NCBI RefSeq assembly: GCF_006345805.1
Contig: NW_021835233.1
Span: forward strand, 186,001 to 250,000
Direction: 5' to 3'
Length of the DNA stretch: 64,000 bases
DNA from: Octopus sinensis
Lineage: Eukaryota
Positions 12,062 through 24,390 of the stretch are shown piece after piece (the stretch's first letter is position 1; each line of letters opens with the position of its first letter). The translations under genes and the position numbers were made by a program. Under the pieces are notes generated by a model. It was given only the letters and a program-made list of their open reading frames with translations. It ran no database searches and had not been told where the DNA came from.

Positions 12062-12478
12062 CTTATTTATTTATTGCCCACAAGGGGCTAAACGTAGAGG
12101 GGACAAACAAGGACAGACAAACGGATTAAGTCGATTACATCGACTCCAGTGCATAAATGGCACTTAATTTCTTGACCCCGAAAGGATGAAAGGCAAAGTC
12201 GACTTTGGCGGAATTTGAACTCAGAATGTAACGGCAGACAAAATACTTATTTCTTTACTACCCACAAGGGGCTAAACACAGAAGGGACAAACAAGGACTG
12301 ACAAACGGATTAAGTCGATTACATCGACCCCAGTGCGTAACTGGTACTTAATTTATTGACCCCGAAAGGAGGATAGGCAAAGTCGACTTCGGTGGAATTT
12401 GAACTCAGAACATAACGGCAGATGAAATACCGCTAAGCATTTCACCCAGCGTGCTAATGTTTCTGCCAGCTCGACGCT
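12062..12478 (-). mobile_element. tRNA-derived SINE family B (Deu/Nin-like core) with ~190-bp internal duplication
   Basis: Core GTCGACTTTGCCTTTCATCCTTTCGGGGTC...AAGTACCAGT present twice. Confidence 0.75.
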
Positions 12479-12771
12479 TGTCAAACCATCAAACTCAAGC
12501 CAGCATAGAAAACAGGCATTAAGCAAGGGTACATGACGTAGTGGTTATTAAGATGATGCACTAATGATTATAAGATTATGGCTTTGATTCCAAAACTGAG
12601 GGTACTTTGTGTTCTTTATTAAAGAGCTTCATTTTACATTACCTCAGTCCACTCGGCTGTAAGTGTGTTCCAGTTATCGTTTGGAGATTAAATAACAAGA
12701 AGATGATGGCGATGATGATTCTGCATATATTTTCATTTTTCAGCTCATGAAAATAATCTTGATTGAAGGAA

Positions 12772-13182
12772 AGGCTGTGTGACAAGTAGCTTGCTTACCA
12801 ACCACATGGTTCAGGGTTCTGTCCCACTGCGTGGCATTTTGGGCAAGTGTGTTCTACTATAGCCTTGGGCTGACCAAAGCCTTGTGAGTGGATTTGGTAG
12901 ACGGAAACTGAAAAGAAGCCTGTCATATATGTGTGTGTGTGTGTATATATGTGTGTGTGTGTGTGTCTGTGTAAATGTTTGTGTGTCAGTGTTTGTCACC
13001 CCGCATCACGTGACAACCAATACTGGTGTGTTTATGTCCCCCCTAACTTAGCGGTTCGGCAAAAGAGACCGATAGAATAAGTACTAGGCTTACAGAGAAT
13101 TAAGTCCTGGGGTCGATTCGCTTGACTAAAGGTGGTGCTCTAGCATGGCCGCTGTCAAATGACTGAAACAAGTAAAAGAGTC
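12772..13182 (+). mobile_element. SINE family A
   Basis: Same architecture as 8076-8610. Confidence 0.8.
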
Positions 13183-14132
13183 AAAAGCAAAGAGTAACTA
13201 TGTAAGCTCTTGGTTTGTTTAGAATATTTTAAAAGAGGTTCTTGAAAAGCATGGAGATTGCATGGAGAAAGCACCCACTACACTCTCGGAGTGGTTGGCA
13301 TTAGGAAGGGCATCCAGCTGTAGAAACTCTGCCAAATCAAGATTGGAGCCTGGTGCAGCCATCTGGTTCGCCACCAGCCCTCAGTCAAAATCGTCCAACT
13401 CATGCTAGCATGGAAAGCGGACGTTAAACAATGATGATGATGATGATGATGATGATGATTGCTAATGTGAAGAACAGTGATAAATCAAGGTCATTAGGTA
13501 CTTAACTATAAGCTGTCTGCTACGTGATGGCTTAATTTCACATTGTGATTGTTTGTTGTGCAAAAGACTTATTGTTTGGTGTTTGCTGTCAGGCTTATTT
13601 ATTACTATTTCAATAATTACCTTGCTGGATCTATCAGCTTCTTTCCTTTAACATGATTATCAAAGCAGTTCAAGAAGAGGGTATGTAAACTTAAAGAAAG
13701 ACTGTCCTGCCTGAAGAAATTATTTTATATCTGAGAAATGCCCGGTAATTACTGACATTAGAATGTGTCTTGGAGTAAGTCTGGGTCAAAGGCATTCGTT
13801 GGAATTACGCTCGGTGCTGCCTGATTTATATCTTTAGTTAGGCTAAACTGGAAACAGACGTTTTAAAACTATGAACTATTTCAATTAAGTTCACAGTTAA
13901 AACTATACTGAAATATCTGTGCAGGTCTTTATGAATATTTTTTCTGTATCGTTTATTAGTGAATGCTTGTGGCTTAGTAGTCAGGGTGTTGTGGTCAGTA
14001 TTATAAGACCATGGTTTCAATTCCCAGATGAGGTAGTGTGTTGTGTTTGTCAAGAAAACACTTCATTTCATCTCTCTGGCTGAAACTAGTAAAGAAAACA
14101 AAGAAATATATCATCATCATCACCATCATCAC

Positions 14133-14175
<43 letters not shown>

Positions 14176-14708
14176 GTTTAATGTCTGCTTTCCATGGTGT
14201 CATGGGTTGGATGGTTTGACTGGGGACTGGCAAGCCAGGAGGCTGCACCAGGCTTCAATCTGATCTGGCATTGTCTCTACAGCTGGATTCCCTTCTTAAT
14301 GCCAACCACTCTGAAAGTGTAGTGGTTGCTTTCTATGTGCCACTGGCACAGGAACCAGTCGGGCAGGCCTGGCATCAATCATCATTGCCAGATCAGATTG
14401 GAGCCTGGTGCAGCCTCTTGGCTTACCAGTCCCCAGTTAAACTTTCCAACCCATGCCAGCATGGAAAACGTACGTTAAACGATGATGATGATAATGGGCT
14501 TCTATAAATTTCCATCTACCAAATCCACTCCCTAGTCTTTGGTTGACCTAAGGCTATAGTAGAAGACACTTGCTCAAGGCGCTGCACAGTGAGACTGAAC
14601 CTGGAACCATGTGGTTGGGAAGCAAGCTTCTTACCACACAGCTATGCCTGTACCTTTGGTGGTGCTTGAAACATAAAATTTTCTTTGGGGAAATTATTAT
14701 AAAATGGG

Positions 14709-15066
14709 AGAGTAATTTTCTTTTTGTGACGTATAATGTAAGACACTCACCGATAAAATTTCCGCTTTTTTCTTATTTTTATTTTCCTAAAATTTTCGTT
14801 GCGTCTTGCAACCTTTTCAATAGTTTTGACTTTCAGAGTGGTTGGCGTTTGGAAGGGCATCCAGCTGTAGAAACCTTACCAGATCAGATTGGAGCCTGGT
14901 ACAGCCTTCTGGCTTACCAGTCCCCAGTTAAACCTTCCAACCCATGTCAGCATGGAAAAGGTTGCAAGACGCAACGAAAAGTTTAGGAAAATAAAAATAA
15001 GAAATAAGTGGAAATTTTACCGGTGAGTGTGTTACATTATAAGGCACAAAAAGAAAATGACTCTCC
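14709..15066. repeat. Inverted repeat (~110-bp arms) enclosing a retroelement tail
   Basis: GAGAGTAATTTTC...GCAACCTTTTC versus GAAAAGGTTGC...GACTCTCCC. Confidence 0.8.
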
Positions 15067-16009
15067 CCAGACACAACAGAATATGCTTCAACACACAAAC
15101 TCATATAAAGAATCTTGCAAACCAAATCCAAAAATCGAAATATCATAAAAGGTTTACACGTTTAAATCATGAAAACAAGATACTTCATATGATGAAACCA
15201 AAAGCTGTCTCTGGGAGTTGGCCTTTAAAAGGGTTAAAGACTGGTTGACATTATTTTTGTGGAAAATATTCGTTAAGCTGGAGGATATATTGTTTTTAAT
15301 TAAGAAAATGAAGCATACTAATCTATCTCTTTCACTATTTATCAGTTCAGCATTTATCTAAAATTAATACAATCTATCTTTGTTGCTTCAGCTGCTTTAA
15401 TCCTTTTCTTTGGTCTGTAACTTCTGACATACATTAATCTAATCTACATAAACATCTAACTTTTGATTCCTAGATAACATCTTCCCATTTTTAAATATTT
15501 TCTAAGACAATGGTGATTCGTGGCATCGTCCTCCGAAAGACAAAGATTCAAACACTGATACTGATTAAAGGACATTGATTATTATTAGAAAAAAAAACAA
15601 TCCTACTCAAACAATATTGATTCTAAGCAGCTATTAATTCTCAGACAATAATGATCTTAAGACAAAAGAATCTCATTGTAACTTCCATATCGCCCTCACC
15701 ACCACCACCACCACCACTTCCTCGGTATCTGATATGCTGTTTTCTCTTGTTTTGACGACAGTAAGAATTAATCTTGGCAAATTGCAACAAATCTGTCATG
15801 TCTTTTATCTTTCTCCTCCATCTGTAGAACGTGAACAAAGCAAATGAGTTCAGCGCTCTTTTACATGAGTGCATTAAAGTGCACATCTACTTTGTCATCT
15901 TATTGTTGTATCTAAGAATGGTCATTTTTGCCAGTTTAGCCAATAAAAACACACGCACTATATATTCGGTGTTAATTTGCTTCAGCGTTGTTCAGTTTTT
16001 ACATCAATC

Positions 16010-16068
16010 TTAATCATATTTCGGCCAGAGTTCTTTTCTTCACACTCCTGTGACCTCATCAGTGGTCC
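16010..16068 (-). ncRNA. Degenerate hammerhead motif (core and stem II intact, stems I/III decayed)
   Basis: Minus strand reads CUGAUGA-GGUCA...UGGCC-GAAA. No convincing stem I. Confidence 0.4.
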
Positions 16069-17041
16069 TTTGCTTTCTTCTTTCTTATTTATGTGTCTCG
16101 AGTCCATGGGTATCATGTCAGATTGAAGATGGGAAAGATGGGAAAGTGTGTCAATAGGCAACTGGAGGAGGTGTTCTCCTGGGGCTACAAGCGACAGTAG
16201 TATCCACCCTTAAGGGTTAGCCACATTTAAGTGGCAAATATACTTCACGTTATTTATATATATATATATAAATCCAAAAAACAGAATAAGAACATAATGG
16301 ACGACAATAAAAACACACAGGCAGATAGACGACACAAAGACAGACAGGAAAAACCAGGACGGATCATTCTTAGCCCTTTTTATATATCTTGTTTGAACAA
16401 GTCAAGACATGAGTGCAAAATAACTTCGGTGCAATCTCTTCACTAAAAGAAGTTACAATGGAAAATATTAAATTTTGGTTTTGTTACTATGGGTAGATGA
16501 CCGAGTTTAAAAGGGCAATGGAGAATCAGTCAGGAGGTTGTTATTCCATATTTTGTCACGGAGACATTGCAGTATCCAAGCAGCTCTAAATAAGCCAGCA
16601 AGCTGCAATATCCGAATAACATTAAGTAGTCTGATATAAATTCACTGTTGGAAACAGCAGCTGCAATGTAAAATTTATGAGTGATTTATTGGCTTGTGAT
16701 ACTCTGTATAGTTCTTCCTATGGGAAATGTAATATTTCCAATAGACTAGCATTCTATTCAGTGGGTGATTTTCTTCCATCCACTTAGCACCACAAAAATC
16801 ATTGATAATGTACTTTCCCAGTAGGCCACTGAAATTCGTGAAGGGAGAGAAAGTTATTGTATTCCGAACAGCTGTTAATCATCGTACACTAATCTTGCAA
16901 TTATTTACAATTCCTGTTATATATTTTCTATCTGTTATCACTTGGTACAGAATCTGTTCCAACCTTTTCTGGTTATCATTCTAGGGAAGGTGTCAGTTCC
17001 TACTTATTTAGAATTTTGTCATTGATTATATTCTTTTTACA

Positions 17042-17465
17042 TTTTGCTTGTTTCAGTCATTAGACTGTGGCCATGCTGGGGCACTGCCTTGAAGAGTTTT
17101 TAGGCAAATGAATCGATCCCAGTTCTTTTCTTATAAGCTTCGTTTGAAATTGAATAATATAAATTTGTCCTATTGTAATAAATTTGTCCTATTGTACTTA
17201 TGCTGTCACACTCTTTTATCAAACTGTTAAGTTATGGGGGGACATAAACAAACCAACACTAGTGAGGAACAAACACAGCACACACACTCACCCACACACA
17301 CACATACACTCACACATATACACACACACATACTCAGACACACATGCATGCTGGGCTTCTTTTAGCTTTTGCCAACCAAATCCACTCTTAAACACTTTGG
17401 TGTCATACAGTGGGATTGAACCTGGAACCATGTGGTTGGAAAGCAAAGTTCTCACCACACACCAG
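17042..17465 (-). mobile_element. SINE family A (diverged)
   Basis: Reverse-complement head and tail motifs. Confidence 0.7.
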
Positions 17466-18334
17466 CACTTAATCATCATCATCACAATCAACATTTTATG
17501 TCTACATTTCATGCTGGTATAGGTTGGATTGTTCAACAAGGATGCAGTGAGTCAAGGATATCATATCCCAGCGTTTACTCTGGCATGGTTTCTATGGTTG
17601 GATCTCTTAGCACCAGCCACTTTACAATATATGCTGGAGGCGCTTTTTGTGCCACCAGCACTAGTGGGGTCACCATGTACCTTGCAAGTCAGCAATCCCA
17701 GGAAGGGATGATGTTGCCTGTGTATGCTACATGGGAGTAAAGGTATGAGGGAAGTGTTTGGATTAGAGCAGGTGCTTGCTGTAGAAGAGCTACATGGCTA
17801 CTCATAATTAAGAGAGGGAGAGTGGAAAGGAATTAGAGGTGTCTCCAAGAAGGATGAGGTGTCCAGGCGGAAACTCAGGTAAGCAGAGTAATAGCAGGTG
17901 GGGGTGAGGAATGGGTGTTTGCAAGAGTGTGGTGGGGGAAAAGATAGAAGTGGGAGGGGTGGTAGGCAGCATCTGTGAGGGTTGAGGGAGCAGGGGTGCA
18001 TGAAATGAAGGTGATAAAATGGACAATTGCAGCATGGTAGTAACTATATAGTTGATATAGTAACTATATAGTAACTATATAGAGAAGAGAGAGAGAGAAA
18101 GACAGATATAATGTGTTTGGATAGACTGCAGGAGCAAAGGAGAGAAATAAGATAGGTGTAATGCATGAGAAGAGATAATATATGCAAATGTATGTATGTC
18201 ATTATTCAGTTTATTTCAAGATTTCTTGCCAATAGAGAAAGAACTGGTTTCTAACCTAGATCCAAGGCTTCTTCACTGGAATTTCAACATCAACAACAGG
18301 GTATTTTTGTTTGTATGTATGTGTGTATGTATTC

Positions 18335-18730
18335 TTTTATTCTTTTACTTGCTTCCGGCATTTGACTGCAGCTATGCTGGAGCATCGCCTTTAGTCGAGC
18401 AAATCGACCTCAGGACTTCGTTTTTGTAAGTCTAGTACTTATTCTGTCGGTCTCTTTTGCTGAACCACTAAGTTACGGGGACTTAAACACACCAGCATTG
18501 GTTGTCAAGCAATGTTGGAGGAGGGGACAAACACAGACACACAGACACACACACACACATATTTATATATACGACAGGCTTCTTTCAGTTTCTATCTACC
18601 AAATCCACTCACACAGCTTTGGTCAGCTCGAGGCTATAGTAGAAGACACATGCCCAATGTGCCATGCAGTGGGACTGAACCCGGAACCATGTGGTTGGTA
18701 AGCGAGCTACTTACCACACAGCCACACTTG
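18335..18730 (-). mobile_element. SINE family A
   Basis: Reverse-complement full copy. Confidence 0.8.
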
Positions 18731-18808
18731 TGTACAGATTTGGATGTTTGGCTTCATGAATGTATTCTTATGCATATAGTTGCATATCTAGACATGCTCA
18801 TGTATGTA

Positions 18809-18873
<65 letters not shown>

Positions 18874-19220
18874 GTAGATATTACTAAGCTTCTCCTTTCC
18901 AACAATGTTTTTTTCTTCTTCATTGTAATTCAAAATTTCTTTACCTGTTGCTATGGACACAGAATCTCTGCTGTAAATAGTTTCTCGTTCATGTATTTTT
19001 CTTGCTGTCAAACACACATTCGTCGAAACGAATTCATTGCTGGAGGGGAATATCTGTTAAATAGGGTAATTATTGCCTCCAAATCTTCTGATTCAATGAT
19101 TTTCTCAGTGCGTTCCACCAACAAGTATCAATTTCGCAAACCCGTAACAGTCACAGTTGAAAAGGAAACAAGAAAACAAAAGCAACCCATACATACTGAA
19201 AGAAGCCCATCATATATATA

Positions 19221-19269
<49 letters not shown>

Positions 19270-19309
19270 TGGCATTGCCTTACTGGCATGTGAAAAAACA
19301 TTCATTTGA

Positions 19310-19612
19310 GCAAGGTCATTGCCAGTGTCGCTGGACTGGCTCCTTTGCTGGTGGCACATAAAAAGCAACATTTGAGCGTGGCTGTTGCCAGTACTGCCTG
19401 ACTGGCCCTTGTGTTGGTGGCATGTAAAAGCACTCGCTACACTCTCGGAGTGGTTGGCGTTAGGAAGAGCATCCAGCTGTAGAAACTCTGCCAGATCAAG
19501 ATTGGAGCCTGTTGCAGCCATCTAGTCCATGAGTCCTCACTCAAATTGTCCAACCCATGCCAGCATGGAAAGTGGACGTTAACGATGATGATGATGATGA
19601 TGATGATGATGA
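19310..19612 (+). mobile_element. (GAT)n-tailed retroelement, two monomers
   Basis: Same family. Other copies: 2890-3110, 11390-11600 (-), 13272-13460, 24943-25245 (-), 30430-30620, 32890-33095 (-), 39677-39902, 45385-45682 (-), 55770-55882 (-). Confidence 0.65.
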
Positions 19613-20328
19613 TATATATATATATATATATAAGCATGTGTGTGTGTATATGTGTGTGTGGTTGTTCTCCCCAACATCGCTTGACAACCGATTCTGGTGT
19701 GTTTACATCACTGTAACTTAGTGATTTGGCAAAAGAGTCCGATAGAATAAGTACCAGGCTTACAAAAAAGAAGTCCTGGGGTTGATTTGCTCAACTAAAG
19801 GTGGTACTCCAGCATGGCCACGGTCAAATGACTAAAACAAGTAAAAGAATAAAAGGATACATACACACATACACACAAAACTGTTAGACTTTAGCATGGC
19901 TGTCAGTTTTCTGATTAGTGAGACTATATGTTGCCTTAACTCTTTTAATACTGGTCTTCCTTAGATGCCTCTAAGGAATTCCAACCATGTTTTGTGGTTC
20001 ATTACCTCAACAGCTCCTATATAGGATCCAGTGGCTAAAGACATCATCAGGAGGAACCACGTCTGGTTTTGGCCCCTACTCTTCAACTGTTTTCGACGTG
20101 ATAGCCCCCCCCCCTACTTTCAGTGGTGTCTTCAGCTCTGGTGTTGAGTGCGTTTCTTTTTTCTCCTTTTTTCTTTTGTTCTTTGGTTTCTTCGATACAG
20201 CGTCAACGAGTGTCAGAATATATATTCCTTAATTGACATAGGTGTAGAACACTTACTACCAAGACTTAGTTTCCATTCAACAACTCAATAAATACTGCAC
20301 TTGATCATCTTCTGCAAGTTTCGTGAGA

Positions 20329-20715
20329 TCTCTCTCTATATAAAGCTGAAGTTGTCTGCATATGGCAGGTTTGGTATCCTTCAACTAACACTATCTCCTC
20401 TGAGACCCTGCAGCGTAAGTTAACCTAAATTGAGAGTATGATAGAAGAAGGCTTGCTCTTGTAGAAGAAAAAATTTAAATCGGATCATGTTAACACCAAA
20501 AATTATTTACATCAAAAAGGTGCTTTTTTTCTACGAAAATCCCTATTTTTTACGAATTTTTTACTGCTGTGTCGCCATTTTTCAGTGTATTTCAACCAGA
20601 AAAAATGTTCACTTAAAGAGAATAACAAGCTACATAATGCAAAATTTTTACTTTTCAAAAATTCCAATTCTAAAGGGTCGAAACAAACCCGAGCAACGCC
20701 GGGCGATACTGCTAG
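20329..20715 (+). mobile_element. Non-autonomous Helitron
   Basis: A|TC start, 3' hairpin CCCGAGCAACGCCGGG, CTAG|T end. Confidence 0.75.
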
Positions 20716-21467
20716 TTATATTATATGCTTAATACAATGTTTTCTCCCATATTAATTATGCAGTAAACATTCAACAATCTGGCAGAAGTTGATGAAACAT
20801 TTGTCAAACTTGCAACGCTTATTGAGTTACTGCACAAAAACTCAGAGTTGTAATTGCAAGTGTTCCCTTCCTGAGTCCTATAGTAAACTTAGTTCTTTAT
20901 TTCCAATGATATCGAGGACTAGTTCTTTTGCTGTCACACTTGCTTTGCTGTCACGCACACAAACACGTGTCTACGCACATGGCCGTGTTCTCTCTTTTAC
21001 TCTTTTGCTTGTTTCAGTCATTTGACTGTGGCCATGCCGGAGCACCGCCTTTAGTCGAGCAAATCAACCCCAGGAGTTATTCTTTGTAAGCCTAGTACTT
21101 ATTCTATTGGTCTCTTTTGCTGAACCGCTAATTGTGACGGGGACGTAAACACACCAGCATCGGTTGTCAAGCAATGTTGAGGGGACAAACACACACACAC
21201 ACACACACACATCAAATGTGAGGATAAAATTCTTTTTGAAAAAAAATTATATTTTCTTGAAAAGAATTTTATCAATGGCCAGCATATTAAAAAATACCTT
21301 TAACGGTTAAATTTATAAACAATTCATAAATGAGGGCAAAGGAAAAAATTTCTAATGCCAAATATGCCGAAAAATTGGACATATTGTCCATTAACCATAT
21401 CATTTTTTCCCAATACGCACACTACTTGAAAAAAGGTCGACAGAAATTTCTAAAACATTCCATTATT

Positions 21468-21526
21468 ACCATATCAGACCGATTTCAGAGTTAGCTTCTA
21501 AGAGCCCTCTCTTCGTCAGTGATGGT
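21468..21526 (-). ncRNA. Minimal type-I hammerhead motif (left arm of 21321-21767 foldback)
   Basis: ACC-AUCA CUGACGA AGAG...CUCU GAA AUCGGU C UGAU-AU-GGU. GUC site; helix III AUCGGU is self-complementary with G.U pairs. Confidence 0.7.
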
Positions 21527-21564
21527 TATGAGTAAGTATTTCATTTATTTCTTTTGCCACATGT

Positions 21565-21620
21565 ATCACTGACGAAGAGAGGGCTCTTAGTAGCTAACTC
21601 TGAAATCGGTCCAATATGAT
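21565..21620 (+). ncRNA. Hammerhead motif (right arm of foldback; stem I disrupted)
   Basis: Same core, stem II and helix III as the left arm, but GUC is followed by CAAU instead of UGAU. Confidence 0.55.
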
Positions 21621-21766
21621 AATAATGGAATTTTTTAGAAATTTCTGTCGACCTTTTTTCGGGTAGCATGCGTATTGTGAAAAAATTATATGGTTAATGG
21701 ACAATATGTCCAATTTTTTGGCATATTTGGCATTAGAATTTTTTTCCTTTGCCCTCATTTATGAAT

Positions 21767-21825
<59 letters not shown>

Positions 21826-21863
21826 TTATATATATATAAATAGAAATATCTATATTGATAGAT

Positions 21864-21900
<37 letters not shown>

Positions 21901-22975
21901 TACGACGAGCTTCTTTCAGTTTCCGTCTACCAAATCCACTCACAAGGCTTTGGTCGACCTGAGGCTATAGTATAAGACGCTTGTCCAAGGTGCCACGTAG
22001 TGGGACTGAACCCAGAACCATGTGGTTGGTAAGCAAGCTACTTACTACACAGCCACTCCTGCGCCTTCAGCTTTTGTCCACCTTTTATAGAGCTTTGGTA
22101 GTAGAAAAAAATTTGCTCAAAGTGCAATGCAGTGGAACGAACCCAGAAATGTGGTTGAATGGTGAACTTGTTAACCTTACAGTCTATGCCTATGCATAAA
22201 TTTAAAGTAGCTAAACCACAGTTTTAAGCATTTTATTCTGAACCTTTAAACAGCTAATAATATATTTTATTTTCTTAATACACAGAAAAATAAAGGAGAT
22301 TGCCCTGACATGCTTCATGGTTCATTTAACAAAGGAGTAGTACTTCCTCATTTCACTCCCCATGTACATAGCTGATAGGAAACATTTCTTTATATCAAAC
22401 ATAAAATAGAACTTAGCCTAACCTAGTTGCTTGTGTATAAACAGAATGACAAGATCTATCAGTCTACATTTAAATTATTGTGGCATATCACTTGACTGTA
22501 GTTTAATTACTTTGAATTTGTCTTAGATTTTCTAATTCTTACCTTGTTGTGCATAATTATTAAAGACAGCAGTATTTTGGTATTTTGACAGCAATGACGT
22601 TAAGATGTATATGCTTCCATTAATTTCTTTTGAGCAGGTGATGTTTAGCTATTTTAAATTTAGAATATATTTGTTACAATTTCATTTTTTTCAGTCCTTT
22701 TTTTTTTCAATTTTCAAAGGTTTATGGGGGGCAATGCAAGTTTAAGTACTTTCTATAATTATGTTTATTCAGCAGTTACAGGTTTATTTTGAACTGTTCA
22801 CAAGTCTTAGACATTCAGTATGTTATGGTTAAATTATAGATTATTCAGTTTGCTTGCAGTTAGTCCATTTTATTTATGTTTGCAAATTGTTACGATTTGG
22901 AACTTTTTTATCATATCTATATTTTATATTATTTACGAGTTTTTTCTATAACAGCAAATTTATTTGGTTAGTTTC

Positions 22976-23368
22976 CTGGAGTGGTTGTGTGGTAAGTAGC
23001 TTGCTTACCAACCACATCATTCGAGGTTCAGTCCCACTGCATGGCACCGTGGGCAAGTGTCTTCTACTATAGCCTCGGGCTGACCAAAACCTTGTGAGTG
23101 GATTTGGTAGAGATAAACTGAAAGAACCCATCATATGTATGTATGTGTGTGTGTGTTTGTGTATCTGTATTTGTCCCCACCCTCAACATCACTCGACAGG
23201 CGATGCCGATGCGTTTATGTCCCTATAACTTAGCAGTTTGGCAAAAGAGACTGATAGAATAAGTACTAGGCTTACAAATGATAAGTCTCATGGTTGATTT
23301 GTTTGCCTAAAGGTGGTGCTCCAGCATGGCTACAGTCAAGTGACTGAAAAAAGTAAAAGAATAAAAGA

Positions 23369-23370
<2 letters not shown>
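22976..23370 (+). mobile_element. SINE family A
   Basis: Full copy. Confidence 0.8.
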
Positions 23371-23399
<29 letters not shown>

Positions 23400-23623
23400 T
23401 GCTCCAGTCTGATCTGACAATGTTTCTGCAGCTGGATACCCTTCCTAATGCCATCCACTCCGACAGTGTAGTAGGTACTTTTTAGATGCCACTGGCACAG
23501 GAACCAGTCAGGGGACACTGGTATTGACCATGTTTGAACGATGCATTTTACATGTCACTGGAATGGGAGCGAGTCAGGGCGCACTAGCTACAGCTATGAT
23601 ATATACATATATATATGTATATA

Positions 23624-23660
<37 letters not shown>

Positions 23661-23720
23661 ATTATGTAAATAGAGGAATTTATCTGTAAATGTAATATGT
23701 GACAATTATTCGGTAGCCAT

Positions 23721-23787
23721 GATAAAACTCCGAGTTTCGGGTGCCGAGGTGGAAATCCATGCTGCCATCTCTTCAGTAATTTGGCCA
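23721..23787 (-). ncRNA. Hammerhead motif (left arm of foldback; stem I partly mutated)
   Basis: Reverse complement of the right-arm motif, with a G-C pair at 10.1/11.1 but AAUUA before the core. Confidence 0.55.
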
Positions 23788-23820
23788 TCGGAAAAATGCT
23801 TTTTCATAGCATTTTTCCGA

Positions 23821-23894
23821 TGGCCGGATAACTGAAGAGATGGCGGCATGGATTTCCACCTCGGCACCTGAAACTCGGAGTTTTATCATGGCTA
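23821..23894 (+). ncRNA. Minimal type-I hammerhead motif (right arm of 23656-23952 foldback)
   Basis: Stem I GAUAA/UUAUC, extendable through a 1-nt bulge (UGGCCG/UGGCUA). CUGAAGA core, imperfect stem II, GAA, helix III ACUC-G-GAGU, GUU site. Confidence 0.7.
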
Positions 23895-23995
23895 CCGAAT
23901 AATTGTCACATATTACATTTACAGATAAATTCCTCTATTTACATAATATCGAGGTCTCTTTCATTCTTTTGTTGTCTTACCATTTTTATCAATAC

Positions 23996-24390
23996 AGGCG
24001 CAGGAGTGGCTGTGTGGTAAGTAGCTTGTTTACCAACCACATGGTTCTGGGTTCAGTCCCACTGCGTGGCACCTCAGGCAAGTGTCTTCTACTATAGCCT
24101 CGGGCCGACCAAAGCCTTATGAGTGGATTTGGTAGACGGAAACTGAAAGAAGCCCGTCGTATATATGTATATATATATATGCGTGTGTGTGTTTGTGTGT
24201 CTGTGTTTGTCCCCCTAGCATTGCTTGACAACCGATGCTGATGTGTTTATGTCCCCGTTACTTAGCGGTTCGGCAAAAGAGACTGATAGAATAAGTACTA
24301 GGCTTACAAAGAATAAGTCCTGGGGTCCATTTGCTCGACTACAGGCAGTGCTCCAGCATGGCCGCAGTCAAATGACTGAAACAAGTAAAA
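23996..24390 (+). mobile_element. SINE family A
   Basis: Full copy beginning GGCGCAGGAGTGGCTGTGTGG. Confidence 0.85.

Larger units (their letters stand above)
21321..21767. repeat. Inverted repeat, ~203-bp arms, 41-nt spacer, hammerhead in each arm
   Basis: AATTCATAAATGAGGG...CAGTGAT / ATCACTG...CCCTCATTTATGAATT. Lies inside the central microsatellite of a SINE. Confidence 0.9.
20998..22045 (-). mobile_element. SINE family A split by insertion of the hammerhead foldback
   Basis: Tail at 20998-21200 and head at 21900-22045, with the intervening DNA in the microsatellite. Confidence 0.75.
23656..23952. repeat. Inverted repeat, ~145-bp arms, 7-nt loop, hammerhead in each arm
   Basis: Near-perfect palindrome centred on TTTTCAT (23801-23807). 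Confidence 0.9.

Noticed and set aside
19975-20140. Minus-strand CTGATGA/CTGAAGA strings
   Set aside because: Stem II and GAAA cannot be placed without several assumed mutations.
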